DNA of 64,000 bases, taken from contig JAQWMR010000013.1 in NCBI GenBank assembly GCA_029246685.1, positions 11,931 through 75,930 on the forward strand, read 5' to 3'. Source of the stretch: Acidimicrobiales bacterium (GTDB lineage Bacteria; Actinomycetota; Acidimicrobiia; Acidimicrobiales; Aldehydirespiratoraceae). Positions 18,577 through 28,926 of the stretch are shown in pieces (positions within the stretch are counted from its first letter, which is position 1; each line of letters starts with the position of its first letter). The notes below the pieces were generated by a model. That model had not been told where the DNA came from. It searched no databases and worked only from the letters and a program-made list of their open reading frames with translations. A program made the position numbers and the translations under genes.

Positions 18577-20492
18577 GCCGCGCGCGGCACCCACAGTCTC
18601 CGTTCCGTCAGCTGTCGACCTTGGGTGCGCGTGGCCGCGCGCAGATCGGTGAACTCGCAGGAAGCCGACGCCCATCGAAGAGGGTGGTCGCGGCCCGACC
18701 GACCGTCAGTCGATGGCGGGTATTCACACTCCTGCTCGTTCTCGCCCTGCTCACGTCGGCATTCGGCTGGCGGCTCGCGGACCTCCAGCTGAGCCCGGAT
18801 GCTGCACTCGCAGCCGACATCGGAAGCCAGGTTCGCGAGGAGACGATTGCGGCGCCGCGCGGCGACATCGTGGACCGCCATGGCCGCACGATCGCTGTCT
18901 CGCTGCCCCGGCCGTCCATTGTCGCCAACCCCCAGATCCTCCAGGCCGAGGACGTCAAAGCTGCGGACCGGGATCTTCTCGGCGAGGCAGTCCACGACCT
19001 GTCGGCGCTGCTCTCGACTCACCCGGAGATTCTTCGCGAGCGGCTCAGCAGCGACAAGTACTTCCGCTACCTCGAGCGCCAGGTCGACCCCGACGTGGGC
19101 GAGGCTGTGCGTGCGCTGCAGATCCCCGGTGTCTACATCGACGAGGAACAGCGCCGCGAGCACCCAAACGGCGACTGCTCCGGGCTTGCGGTCGCGGGGC
19201 GCGTCGACGTCGACCAGAACGGCGTGAGCGGCCTCGAACTCGACTACGACGAGCACCTCACCGGCGAAGAGGGAACGGTCGTCCGCCAGACCCAGGGCGG
19301 CGGCGCCGTCGAGATCCCCGGTGGCTCACAGATCATCGAACCGATGACGCCAGGCGAGGATCTGGTCCTGACGATCGACCGGAACGTGCAGTTCGAGGCT
19401 GAACAGCTCCTCATCGAGGCGGTGGATGCCAGCGGCGGCGATCACGGGATCGTGATCCTGGCCGACCCGAACCGGTCCGAGATCATCGCCATGGCGAACG
19501 TCGTCCGCGACCCGGAGACCGGGACCGCCCGCTGTACCACGACGAACCTTGCCGCAACGTGGACGTACGAGCCGGGCTCGATCATGAAGCCGTTCACGTT
19601 CACATCCGCGTTCGAGAACGACGCATGGCCCGAGACCAACGCGTTCGACATCGAGAAGGTCATCTCGATCCAGCTCGAGGACGACAAGGTCCACCGGTAC
19701 GAGGACTACGCCCTCTCTCGGTCGGTGGAGAGCCACACCCCACAGTGGGTGCTGAAGGTCTCGTCGAACAACGGCACGATGACCATGGCGAAGGCGGTCG
19801 GGGCCGACGCGCTCTATGACACCATGACCGGCTTCGGATTGGGTGAGGTGACGTCCCTCGAACTCAACGGCGAGGCCAGCGGCATCCTCGACTCCCTCGA
19901 CTCCCACGCATTGGAGCTGTCGAACGCCTCGATCGGTCAATCGGTGGCGGTCACGCCGCTCCAGATGCTGCTGGCGTACAACACACTCGCCACCGGTGGC
20001 GTCCGGATGGACCCGTCTCTCGTGCTCGCGGAAGCGGGGCTCGGCGAAGCCCAGCGTGTGGTCAGCGAGGAAACCGCCTCGACCGTCGTCGACATGATGC
20101 GCTTTGTCGTGCTCGACGGCACCGGCAAGCGAGCGGATATCGACGGCTACACGGTGGCCGGCAAAACCGGCACTGCCTGGCAGCCATGCGGGATCGGCTA
20201 CGACTGCGACGGCCTCGGCACCCGTCATCTGACGGCGAGCTTTGCCGGTGTGGTCAGCAATGATCACGGCGCGCAGCTCACCGCCATCGTCGTGATCGAT
20301 CGTCTCGAGGACCCGACGGCTGGCGGTGGCAGCGTGGCCGCGCCGGTGTTCGCCGACATCATGAGCTACGCGCTCCGCCAGTTGCGCATACCGCCACTCG
20401 TCCACGGGGTTGTTCCCGAAGACCGGGTACGCGCCGCGGCTGCTTCCGTGCCGAGCGCGGACCCTGAGGCGAACGCGATCGAGGGACCGTGA
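18573..20492 (+). CDS. ftsI: Septal penicillin-binding protein (PBP3)
   Basis: TM, RGDIVDRHG, YEPGSIMK (SxxK), SSN, KTGT. Confidence 0.93.
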   Translation: MSRARHPQSPFRQLSTLGARGRAQIGELAGSRRPSKRVVAARPTVSRWRVFTLLLVLALLTSAFGWRLADLQLSPDAALAADIGSQVREETIAAPRGDIVDRHGRTIAVSLPRPSIVANPQILQAEDVKAADRDLLGEAVHDLSALLSTHPEILRERLSSDKYFRYLERQVDPDVGEAVRALQIPGVYIDEEQRREHPNGDCSGLAVAGRVDVDQNGVSGLELDYDEHLTGEEGTVVRQTQGGGAVEIPGGSQIIEPMTPGEDLVLTIDRNVQFEAEQLLIEAVDASGGDHGIVILADPNRSEIIAMANVVRDPETGTARCTTTNLAATWTYEPGSIMKPFTFTSAFENDAWPETNAFDIEKVISIQLEDDKVHRYEDYALSRSVESHTPQWVLKVSSNNGTMTMAKAVGADALYDTMTGFGLGEVTSLELNGEASGILDSLDSHALELSNASIGQSVAVTPLQMLLAYNTLATGGVRMDPSLVLAEAGLGEAQRVVSEETASTVVDMMRFVVLDGTGKRADIDGYTVAGKTGTAWQPCGIGYDCDGLGTRHLTASFAGVVSNDHGAQLTAIVVIDRLEDPTAGGGSVAAPVFADIMSYALRQLRIPPLVHGVVPEDRVRAAAASVPSADPEANAIEGP

Positions 20493-21895
20493 GCGTGCGC
20501 CTCGACGCCGTCGGGGAACGACTCGGCGTGGCCCTCGCGCCGGCGGATGCCATCCTGCAGATCGCCGACGTCGAGCACGACTCTCGCCGCGTCGCACCGG
20601 GCGCCCTTTTCTGTTGCGTCGTGGGAGTGAACACCGACGGTCACGATCACGCCTGGGAGGCGATCGCCGCTGGAGCAGTCGCGCTCCTCGTCGAGCGACC
20701 GCTCGGGCTTGGCGTCCCAGAACTGGTGGTGCCGTCCGTTCGATCGGCGATGGGGCCCACCGCGGCGGTCGTCCACGGCGATCCCAGCCGCAACATCGCT
20801 GTCGTCGGCGTGACCGGCACGAACGGGAAGACGACGACCGTCCGTCTCGTGGCCGGCATCCTCCGCACCCTCGGCGTCTCGGCCCGCGAGGTCGGCACAC
20901 TCACGGGCGCACGGACCACGCCGGAAGCACCTGATCTCCAGCGTCTACTCGCGGATGCTCGCACCGCGGGCGATCGGGTGGTCGCCATGGAGGTGTCGTC
21001 ACATGCGCTCGATCAGTATCGAGTCGACGGGACTCACTTCGCCGCGGTCGGGTTCACGAACCTCGGGGTCGATCATCTCGACCATCACGGCACGGTCGAG
21101 GCCTACTTCGCAGCCAAGCAGAGGCTCTTCCGCAGTGGTTTCGCCGACATCGCGGTCATCGACATTCGTCAGACGTGGGGTGAGCGGATCGCCGAAGCGT
21201 CCGACATGGAGGTCGTCACGATCGGCGACGAACTCCTGGACAACGCGACGACGGGGCCGCGTTCGAGCACGTTCGTCTGGTCCGGCCACGAGATTGCCCT
21301 TCCCCTCGGCGGCGCATTCAACATCGCCAACGCCGTGATGGCGGCCGAGCTCGTGCGCACGCTGGGATACGACGAGTCCGACATCGCGGCCGCCCTTGCC
21401 GAGGCCCCGTCGGTCCCGGGTCGTTTCGAACCGATCGACGAGGGCCAGGCGTTCTCGGTGATTGTCGACTACGCCCACACGCCCGACGGGCTCGAAGCCG
21501 TCCTCGATGCTGCTCGCACCGTGACGGAGCGAAACCTCGTCGTCGTCTTCGGCGCTGGCGGCGACCGCGATCGCTCGAAGCGACCGCAGATGGGCGAGGT
21601 CGCCCGCAGGCTCGCTGACCTCGTGGTCGTCACGAGCGACAACCCCAGGGGTGAAGACCCTGACGCCATCATCGCGAGCATCGTGTCGGGGATGGATCGC
21701 CCCCCGGAACTCCTCGAAACGGATCGACGCGCCGCGATCCGCCACGCGCTGGCCAACGCACGCAAGGGTGATGTCGTGTTGATCGCCGGCAAGGGCCACG
21801 AATCCACCCAGACCATCGGAGACGACGTCGTCGACTTCGACGACCGCGACGTCGCGCGTGACGAACTTCGCCGACTCGAGGGCCGCGCGTCGTGA
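20489..21895 (+). CDS. murE: UDP-MurNAc-tripeptide synthetase (meso-DAP type)
   Basis: GVTGTNGKTT, TTPE, MEVSSHAL, DYAHTPD, DNPR (meso-DAP specificity), AGKGHE. Confidence 0.95.
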   Translation: MSVRLDAVGERLGVALAPADAILQIADVEHDSRRVAPGALFCCVVGVNTDGHDHAWEAIAAGAVALLVERPLGLGVPELVVPSVRSAMGPTAAVVHGDPSRNIAVVGVTGTNGKTTTVRLVAGILRTLGVSAREVGTLTGARTTPEAPDLQRLLADARTAGDRVVAMEVSSHALDQYRVDGTHFAAVGFTNLGVDHLDHHGTVEAYFAAKQRLFRSGFADIAVIDIRQTWGERIAEASDMEVVTIGDELLDNATTGPRSSTFVWSGHEIALPLGGAFNIANAVMAAELVRTLGYDESDIAAALAEAPSVPGRFEPIDEGQAFSVIVDYAHTPDGLEAVLDAARTVTERNLVVVFGAGGDRDRSKRPQMGEVARRLADLVVVTSDNPRGEDPDAIIASIVSGMDRPPELLETDRRAAIRHALANARKGDVVLIAGKGHESTQTIGDDVVDFDDRDVARDELRRLEGRAS

Positions 21896-22956
21896 CCCGT
21901 CTTCTGGTCGCCGCGGCGATCTCGATGATGGTCTCGCTCTTCGGGACGAAGGCGCTGATCAACTGGCTGACGCGCCACCGGATGGGCCAGCCCATCCGAG
22001 ATGACGGCCCACAGGGCCACCACCTGAAGGCCGGCACGCCGACAATGGGTGGGCTCGCCATCATCGCCGGCGTCACGGCCGGCTACATCGTCTCCGAGCT
22101 TGCAGGCGCGACCTACACCCGCCGCGGCATCTTCGTGATGCTTGCGATCATCGGTGGCGGCGTCGTCGGGCTCATGGACGACTGGGTCAAGGTCAAAGCC
22201 GCCCGGAACCTCGGCCTGAACAAGAGGGCCAAGATGGCGGGACTGCTGCTCGTGGCAGTCGGCTTCGCCTTCCTCATGACCCAGTTCACCGAGGTCCAGC
22301 ACGCCATCTCGTTCACCCGCTTCGACAGCCCTGGTTGGGACATCGGTCGAGTCGGGTGGATGTTGTGGGCAGTTCTTCTCATTCTCGGCACGACCAACGC
22401 AGTCAACCTCACCGACGGTCTTGACGGTCTGGCCGCGGGCGCCGGCGCGTTGGCATTCGCGGCGTTCACGTTCATCAGCTTCTGGCAATTCCGCCAGACC
22501 GAGGTCGATCCGATCACCGGAGATGTCATCAATCTCTACGGCCTCACTGCCGCCCTCGATCTCGCCGTCGTATCTGCGGCGATGGTCGGCGGAATCATCG
22601 GCTTCCTCTGGTGGAACGCCGCCCCGGCGCAGATCTTCATGGGTGACACCGGATCCCTCGCCATCGGCAGCGGTCTGGCTGCGCTGGCGCTCTCCACCAA
22701 CACCCATCTCCTCCTGCCCATCATCGGCGGGCTGTTCGTGGTCGAGACGATCTCTGTGATTCTTCAGGTCTTCGTCTTCCGGATGTTCAACGGACGACGG
22801 CTGTTCCGGATGGCGCCGGTCCACCACCACTTCGAGCTGCTCGGGTGGCCGGAGACGACCATCCTCATTCGGCTGTGGATCATGACCGGCCTCTGCACAG
22901 CGGTCGGCCTCGGGTTGTTCTACGCCGACGCGATCAATGCGGGGTTCACCTCGTGA
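21892..22956 (+). CDS. mraY: Phospho-MurNAc-pentapeptide transferase
   Basis: GTPTMGG, NAVNLTDGLDGL, IFMGDTGS, MAPVHHHFEL. Confidence 0.97.
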   Translation: MTRLLVAAAISMMVSLFGTKALINWLTRHRMGQPIRDDGPQGHHLKAGTPTMGGLAIIAGVTAGYIVSELAGATYTRRGIFVMLAIIGGGVVGLMDDWVKVKAARNLGLNKRAKMAGLLLVAVGFAFLMTQFTEVQHAISFTRFDSPGWDIGRVGWMLWAVLLILGTTNAVNLTDGLDGLAAGAGALAFAAFTFISFWQFRQTEVDPITGDVINLYGLTAALDLAVVSAAMVGGIIGFLWWNAAPAQIFMGDTGSLAIGSGLAALALSTNTHLLLPIIGGLFVVETISVILQVFVFRMFNGRRLFRMAPVHHHFELLGWPETTILIRLWIMTGLCTAVGLGLFYADAINAGFTS

Positions 22957-24284
22957 GCGAGCTCTCGGAGCTCCTGAGCGGGTCGGCGCGGGCCCTTGTG
23001 GTCGGTATGGGTGTCACCAACCGCGCCGTCGCCGGTGCGTTGTTGCGGCGCGGTCACTCGGTGGTCGCGGTCGACGACCGTCCGGACGACACGCTCCGGC
23101 GTGCCACCGCCGATCTCGGGATCGAACTCGTCGAGACGCCCGATGCCGCTCAGCTCGCCGTGCTCGCCGAGGAGACCGACATCGTCCTCCCTGCCCCCGG
23201 CCTTCCGGAGTCGCACCCGGCTTTTGCCCTCGGCCGCCCGGTCGCGTCCGAGCTCGACTTGGCCGCGGTCTGGGACGACCGGCCGATCGCCGCCATCACC
23301 GGTACCAACGGCAAGACGACTGTCGTGGAGCTGTCGGTTCTCGCCGCCGCGCACGCGGGTGTCACCGCTGTCGCTGCCGGCAACACGGACGTCCCGCTTG
23401 TCACGGCAATCGATGCGCCCGACACCGATGCCTTCATCGTCGAGGCTTCGTCGTTTCGGCTTGCCCACGTCGAGGACTTTGCCCCGCTCGTCGGTACCTG
23501 GCTCAACTTCGCGCCGGACCACCTCGATGTGCACCGTGATCTCGATGCGTACGAGTCCGCCAAGGCGCGGGTCTTCTCGTCGATCGCCGAAGGGGGCACT
23601 GCCGTCGCCAACGTCCTCGACCCGGTCGTGATGCGTCATGTGTCGACTGACCGCGACGTCGTGACCTTCGGCGGGCCGGGCGCTCACTGGCACGTCGACG
23701 GCGACAAGCTTGTCGGTCCGGACGGGCCGTTCCTCACCGCCGACCGGCTCTGGCGGTCGCTGCCGCACGACATCGAGGACGTTCTGGCAGTGGCGGCCAC
23801 TGTCGCCCCGCTCGGCATTACCCCCGAGGCGGTCGCCGCTGCCGCGGAGACGTTCCCGGGCCTCCCGCACCGGGTCACGCCGATCGGCGAGCTTGACGGC
23901 TCGGTCTTCTACGACGACTCCAAGTCCACCACCCCGCACGCAACCGTTGCCGCGCTCCGTGGGTTCGACGATGCCGTGCTCATCGCCGGTGGCCGCAACA
24001 AGGGCATCGATCTCGGGGAGCTCGCGGCCGGAGCGAGCCATGTGCACGCAGTCGTGGCGATCGGTGAAGCCGCCGCCGAGATCGAGGCGGCCTTCACTGA
24101 CCACTGCCCGGTGGTGGTGGCTGACGACATGGACGCCGTAGTCGCGGCCGCACGGGTGTTGGCATCGGGAGGGCGCCCGGTCGTTCTCAGCCCGGCTTGT
24201 GCCTCGTTCGACTGGTACGACAGTTACGGCGAACGGGGCGACGACTTCATTCGCGCCGTGCGCGACGCAGGGGCGGCGCAATGA
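22953..24284 (+). CDS. murD: UDP-MurNAc-L-Ala:D-Glu ligase
   Basis: ITGTNGKTT, EASSFRL, DHLD, DDSKST, SPACASFD. Confidence 0.95.
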   Translation: MSELSELLSGSARALVVGMGVTNRAVAGALLRRGHSVVAVDDRPDDTLRRATADLGIELVETPDAAQLAVLAEETDIVLPAPGLPESHPAFALGRPVASELDLAAVWDDRPIAAITGTNGKTTVVELSVLAAAHAGVTAVAAGNTDVPLVTAIDAPDTDAFIVEASSFRLAHVEDFAPLVGTWLNFAPDHLDVHRDLDAYESAKARVFSSIAEGGTAVANVLDPVVMRHVSTDRDVVTFGGPGAHWHVDGDKLVGPDGPFLTADRLWRSLPHDIEDVLAVAATVAPLGITPEAVAAAAETFPGLPHRVTPIGELDGSVFYDDSKSTTPHATVAALRGFDDAVLIAGGRNKGIDLGELAAGASHVHAVVAIGEAAAEIEAAFTDHCPVVVADDMDAVVAAARVLASGGRPVVLSPACASFDWYDSYGERGDDFIRAVRDAGAAQ

Positions 24285-25480
24285 CCGCCGTCGAGCGGCG
24301 CCAGCCGCGCAAGAAGCAGAAGGTCGCGGCGCGCGGACGCCACCCCGTGTCGCGTGTCGAACCGGACGGCCGGGGTCCCCGGCGACCGGTCGGTCGGCGG
24401 ACCGGGCCATTCCTCGTCCTGTTCCTCGCCGTCATCGCGCTGGTGCTTCTCGGTGTCGTGATGATGCTGTCCGCATCGGCGGTCGTCAGCATCAACACCT
24501 CGGACTCCGCGTTCAATCTGTTCCTCGGCCAGCTGATGTGGACGGCGATCGGCGTCGTCGTGATGTTCGTCGTGATGCGCATCGACTACCACCGGCTCCG
24601 GCTGCTGGCGGTTCCAGCGGTGGTCGGCTCCGTTGTGTTGCTCGTCCTCGTCCTGGTTCCGGGATTCGGGGTGGACGTTCGCGGCGCCACCCGCTGGATC
24701 CGAGTCGGTCCGTTCTCGTTCCAGCCCTCAGAGGTTGCAAAGCTCGCGCTGATCCTCTTCACCGCTGACATCCTGAGTCGCCCGAGCCGGGACATGCGCA
24801 ACACTGCCGTCACGTCCCGGCCCGTCGTCGCCGTCACGAGCCTGTTCATCATCCTCTTGATGTTCCAGCCCCACCTCGGCAACGCCCTCGTGATGGCTGC
24901 GGCCGTCTGCACCATGCTCTTCATCGCGGGTGCGCCGCTGATCAATCTCGCCGCCGTCTCGGTTGTCGGCGCGGCAGGAACCGCCGTCGCCGTCCTCGGC
25001 ACCTCGTGGCGCCGCCAGCGTTTCCGGGCGTTCCTCGACCCATGGAGCGATCCGGATGTCGGCTACCAGACGCTGCAGTCGCTCCATGCGATCACTGTCG
25101 GTGGCCTCACGGGCGTCGGCCTGGGAGCGAGCAAGGCGAAGTGGGGTTTCCTTCCGTTCGCCCACTCCGACTTCATCTTTGCGATCATCGCCGAGGAGCT
25201 CGGCCTTCTCGGCGCAGGGTTCATCGTCATCTTGTTCGTCACTGTCGCCGTCGCCGGCGTTCTCGCCGCGCTTCGAGCGCCGGACCGATTCGGGATGCTG
25301 CTGGCGGTCGGCATCACCGCTTGGATCGTGGGGCAGGCGTTCCTCAACATCGGCTCGGTGATCAACCTCGTGCCGGTCGTGGGAGTCACGCTTCCGTTCC
25401 TTTCATTCGGCGGCACGTCGCTCGTCGTCACGATGGCGGCAGTCGGCGTGCTGCTCAACATCGCCCGCCAGGGGCGGTGA
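24281..25480 (+). CDS. ftsW: SEDS peptidoglycan glycosyltransferase
   Basis: GATRWI, FQPSEVAK, HSDFIFAIIAEELG, LPFLSFGG. Confidence 0.95.
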   Translation: MTAVERRQPRKKQKVAARGRHPVSRVEPDGRGPRRPVGRRTGPFLVLFLAVIALVLLGVVMMLSASAVVSINTSDSAFNLFLGQLMWTAIGVVVMFVVMRIDYHRLRLLAVPAVVGSVVLLVLVLVPGFGVDVRGATRWIRVGPFSFQPSEVAKLALILFTADILSRPSRDMRNTAVTSRPVVAVTSLFIILLMFQPHLGNALVMAAAVCTMLFIAGAPLINLAAVSVVGAAGTAVAVLGTSWRRQRFRAFLDPWSDPDVGYQTLQSLHAITVGGLTGVGLGASKAKWGFLPFAHSDFIFAIIAEELGLLGAGFIVILFVTVAVAGVLAALRAPDRFGMLLAVGITAWIVGQAFLNIGSVINLVPVVGVTLPFLSFGGTSLVVTMAAVGVLLNIARQGR

Positions 25481-25483
25481 GCC

Positions 25484-26623
25484 ATGTCCCGTCGCTGGGC
25501 CGTCATCGCCGGGGGAGGCACTGCCGGCCACGTCTCGCCAGGGCTCGCAGTCGCAGAGGCCCTTGTCGAACGTGGCGTGCCTCGCGATGCCGTGCACTGG
25601 ATCGGGAGCCGTCGTGGTCTCGAGACGTCCTTGGTTCCCGACGCCGGCTTTGCGTTGACCGCGCTGCCGGGTCGCGGCATTCAGCGTCGCGTCACGCCAG
25701 CCAACATCGGCGCGGTCCTCGGTCTGGTCGTGGGGATCGTTCGCGCGGTCGGTGGCTTCGCCCGACGACGGCCCGCGGTGCTCGTCGCGCTCGGCGGCTA
25801 CGCCGCGGTTCCGGGAGTCGTCGCCGCGATCGTGTGGCGAGTGCCGATCGTCGTCACGGAGCAAAACGCGGTCCCGTCCGCCGCGAACCGGCTCGCCGCG
25901 CGTTTCGCAGCGGCTGTCGCCGTCCCGTTCCCCGGCGCACCGGTCGACGGGGCGATCTGGACGGGCAACCCGGTCCGTCCGGCGATCGTCGCCGTGAATC
26001 GCGCAACGGATCGAGCCTCCGCCCGAGCCCGACTCGACGTCAAGGACGACCAGATGCTGCTCGTCGTGATGGGTGGTTCGCTCGGCGCTCGCCGCATCAA
26101 CGATGCGTTGTTCGAGGCCCTCGCCGACTGGCGCAATCGGGCCGATCTCGTCGTCCACCACATCGCCGGTGCTCGAGATCACGACGATCTCGCCGCTCGC
26201 ATCCCGTTGTCAGAGCGCGACCCACTTGACTACCGCCTGATCCGGTACGAAGACGACATGGCATCGGTCTACACGGCGGCAGATCTTGCGCTGTGTCGGG
26301 CGGGTGCGAGCACGGTCGCCGAACTCGCCGTCGTCGGACTGCCGTCTGTTCTCATCCCTCTTCCCGGAGCGCCGGGCGATCACCAGACCGCCAACGCCCG
26401 CGCCCTCGAACAGCCGGGCGGCGCCGTCCGTGTCGTCGACGGTGATCTGGACGGCCCTCGTCTGATCCACGAAGTCGACGCGCTCATCGCCGAGCCCGAG
26501 CTGTTGCGGGCGATGAGCGACGGGGCCCGTTCGGTGGGTCGGGCTGATGCGGCCGCCGCGATTGCCGACCTCGTCCAAACCCACGCGCGCCGCCCTGCCC
26601 CTGGAGGCTCTGGTGATTCCTGA
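25484..26623 (+). CDS. murG: Lipid II N-acetylglucosaminyltransferase
   Basis: AGGGTAGH, GGY, EQN, TGNPVR, GGSLGA, HQTANA. Confidence 0.95.
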   Translation: MSRRWAVIAGGGTAGHVSPGLAVAEALVERGVPRDAVHWIGSRRGLETSLVPDAGFALTALPGRGIQRRVTPANIGAVLGLVVGIVRAVGGFARRRPAVLVALGGYAAVPGVVAAIVWRVPIVVTEQNAVPSAANRLAARFAAAVAVPFPGAPVDGAIWTGNPVRPAIVAVNRATDRASARARLDVKDDQMLLVVMGGSLGARRINDALFEALADWRNRADLVVHHIAGARDHDDLAARIPLSERDPLDYRLIRYEDDMASVYTAADLALCRAGASTVAELAVVGLPSVLIPLPGAPGDHQTANARALEQPGGAVRVVDGDLDGPRLIHEVDALIAEPELLRAMSDGARSVGRADAAAAIADLVQTHARRPAPGGSGDS

Positions 26624-27992
26624 TCTCAGTCGACCCCGTCGCGTGCACGTCGTCGGCGCCGGCGGCGCCGGGATGGGCGCGATCGCGACCGTTCTTCATC
26701 GCATGGGGCATGCCGTCACGGGTTCTGACCTGAAGCCGGGGCCGGTCGCTGAGCGGCTGCTGGCCGAAGGCGTCGCCGTTTCCATCGGGCACGATGCAGC
26801 CAACGTCGGCGACGCAGAGTTGATCGCGATCAGCACGGCCATCCCTGAGCACAACCCCGAGGTTCGTCATGCCCGAGAGGTGGGTCTCGACGTGTTGCGC
26901 CGCTCCGACATCCTCCCGGCGATCGCGGCCGAGCGTCGCGCCATCGCCGTCGCTGGCACCCACGGCAAGACGACGACCAGCTCAATGCTCTCGCTCGTTC
27001 TTGTCGAGGCGGGGCTCCAGCCGTCGTTCATCATCGGCGGCGACGTCAACGAGATTGGCTCGGGCGCCGTGTGGGACGACGGTGAATGGTTCGTCATCGA
27101 AGCGGACGAGTCGGACAAGACGTTCCTTGCCCTCGGGGCCGAAGTCGCCCTCGTCACCAACGTCGAGCCGGACCATCTCGAGACGTACGGCAATGATCCT
27201 GCCGCGCTCGAAGCGGCGTTCGCCGACTTCGCGAACGCGGCTACGACGCGGGTGCTGTGTGCTGACGACGCAGGCTCTGCCGCGCTGGCATCCGCCCTCG
27301 ACCAGACGATCACCTACGGAACATCGGAGACCGCCGACTACCGGATGGTCGACGTCGTCAGCGGCCGCAGCTCCATCGCGTTCACGCTGCACCACAACGG
27401 GGAGGATCTCGGCCGGATCGAGGTGCCGACCCCGGGGCTTCACAACGGGCGCAACGCCGCCGCGGCGGCCGTGACCGCATTGGCGATCGGCGCGCCGATC
27501 GACGCCGCCGTGCGCGCGCTCGCCCGATTCGGGGGAGTGGCCCGGCGTTTCGAGTTCCGCGGCGAGGCCGCCGGGGTGACGTTCATCGATGACTACGCGC
27601 ACCTGCCGTCCGAGGTGGCCGCCATGGTCGATGCGGTTCGCGATGGCGGATGGGATCGCGTGGTGTGTGTCTTCCAACCTCATCGTTACTCCCGCACGGC
27701 CGCGCTCTGGCAGGACTTCGCCGACTCGTTCGTGGGCGTCGACACGCTGGTGCTGACCGACATCTACAGCGCCGGCGAGACGCCTCGGCCCGGCGTCAGC
27801 GGGAAGCTGCTCGTCGATGCGGTACTCGATGCGCATCCGTGGACCAACGTCGCCTACATGCCCCGCCTCGACGACGTTCAGAATTGGCTCGGCGCCCGCC
27901 TGCGGCCCGGCGATCTGTGTCTGACGCTCGGCGCCGGCGATCTGACGGGCATACCTGATCCCGTGATCGACCAGTTGCGTGAGTCCGCCTGA
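26613..27992 (+). CDS. murC: UDP-MurNAc:L-Ala ligase
   Basis: GAGGAGM, AGTHGKTTT, EADESD, DDYAHLP, FQPHRYSRT. Confidence 0.96.
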   Translation: MIPDLSRPRRVHVVGAGGAGMGAIATVLHRMGHAVTGSDLKPGPVAERLLAEGVAVSIGHDAANVGDAELIAISTAIPEHNPEVRHAREVGLDVLRRSDILPAIAAERRAIAVAGTHGKTTTSSMLSLVLVEAGLQPSFIIGGDVNEIGSGAVWDDGEWFVIEADESDKTFLALGAEVALVTNVEPDHLETYGNDPAALEAAFADFANAATTRVLCADDAGSAALASALDQTITYGTSETADYRMVDVVSGRSSIAFTLHHNGEDLGRIEVPTPGLHNGRNAAAAAVTALAIGAPIDAAVRALARFGGVARRFEFRGEAAGVTFIDDYAHLPSEVAAMVDAVRDGGWDRVVCVFQPHRYSRTAALWQDFADSFVGVDTLVLTDIYSAGETPRPGVSGKLLVDAVLDAHPWTNVAYMPRLDDVQNWLGARLRPGDLCLTLGAGDLTGIPDPVIDQLRESA

Positions 27993-27993
27993 C

Positions 27994-28923
27994 ATGAGCA
28001 CCGCGCTCGCGTCTCTCCTGGAACGCCTCGCCGATGGCCCGCTCGCCCCGAGGGTCGAGAGCGATGCGCCCTTGGGCGCCCGAACCACCTATCGCGTCGG
28101 CGGCCGGGCGGCCGCGCTGGTCACGCTGCACCGCACGAGTGAGGCAGACGTACTCGCGGCCGCGACCGCAGGCCTCGGTGTCGACACGGTCACCATCGGG
28201 CGGGGGAGCAATCTGCTCGTCAGCGACGACGGCTTTTCCGGCCTCGTTGTTGTGCTCGCCGAGGATTACGAGGCGGTCTCCGTCGAGGGTCGTGACGTCC
28301 ACGCCGGAGCGGCGGCCAAATTGCCGGTTGTGGCCCGCGCCACGGTGAACGCGGGGCTGACTGGATTCGAATGGGCGGTCGGCGTGCCCGGGTCTGTCGG
28401 TGGTGCCGTGCGCATGAACGCGGGCGGCCATGGTGCGGAGATCGTCGACTCGATCGTGGACGCCGACATCGCGAACCTCGCCAGCGGCGAGGTCGGACGC
28501 CGTCCCTGTGCCGAGCTCGCTCTGGCCTATCGGTCGTCGTCGCTCACCGACTCCGATGTCGTTCTGGCCGCCCGGTTCTCCCTGGACGTTGGGGACGTCG
28601 ACGCGGGGAAGGCCGAGGTGCTCGAGATCGTGCAATGGCGCCGCGAGAATCAGCCTGGCGGCCAGAATGCCGGCTCCGTGTTCACCAACCCGCCCGACGA
28701 CAGCGCAGGTCGACTCATCGACACCGCTGGCCTGAAGGGCTTACGGATGGGTACCGCGATGGTCTCGGAGAAGCACGCCAACTTCATCCAGGCTGATCCG
28801 GACGGACGAGCCGCCGACGTTCTCGCGGTCATGCGTGCAGTTCGGGATCGAGTTGCGGAGCATCACGGTGTCGACCTCCACGCCGAGACGCATCTCATCG
28901 GCTTTCCCGAAGACGAGGTCTGA
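27994..28923 (+). CDS. murB: UDP-N-acetylenolpyruvoylglucosamine reductase
   Basis: TYRVGG, GRGSNLLVSD, PGSVGGAVRMNAG, YRSS, AGSVFTNP, SEKHANF. Confidence 0.95.
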   Translation: MSTALASLLERLADGPLAPRVESDAPLGARTTYRVGGRAAALVTLHRTSEADVLAAATAGLGVDTVTIGRGSNLLVSDDGFSGLVVVLAEDYEAVSVEGRDVHAGAAAKLPVVARATVNAGLTGFEWAVGVPGSVGGAVRMNAGGHGAEIVDSIVDADIANLASGEVGRRPCAELALAYRSSSLTDSDVVLAARFSLDVGDVDAGKAEVLEIVQWRRENQPGGQNAGSVFTNPPDDSAGRLIDTAGLKGLRMGTAMVSEKHANFIQADPDGRAADVLAVMRAVRDRVAEHHGVDLHAETHLIGFPEDEV

Positions 28924-28926
28924 CCG

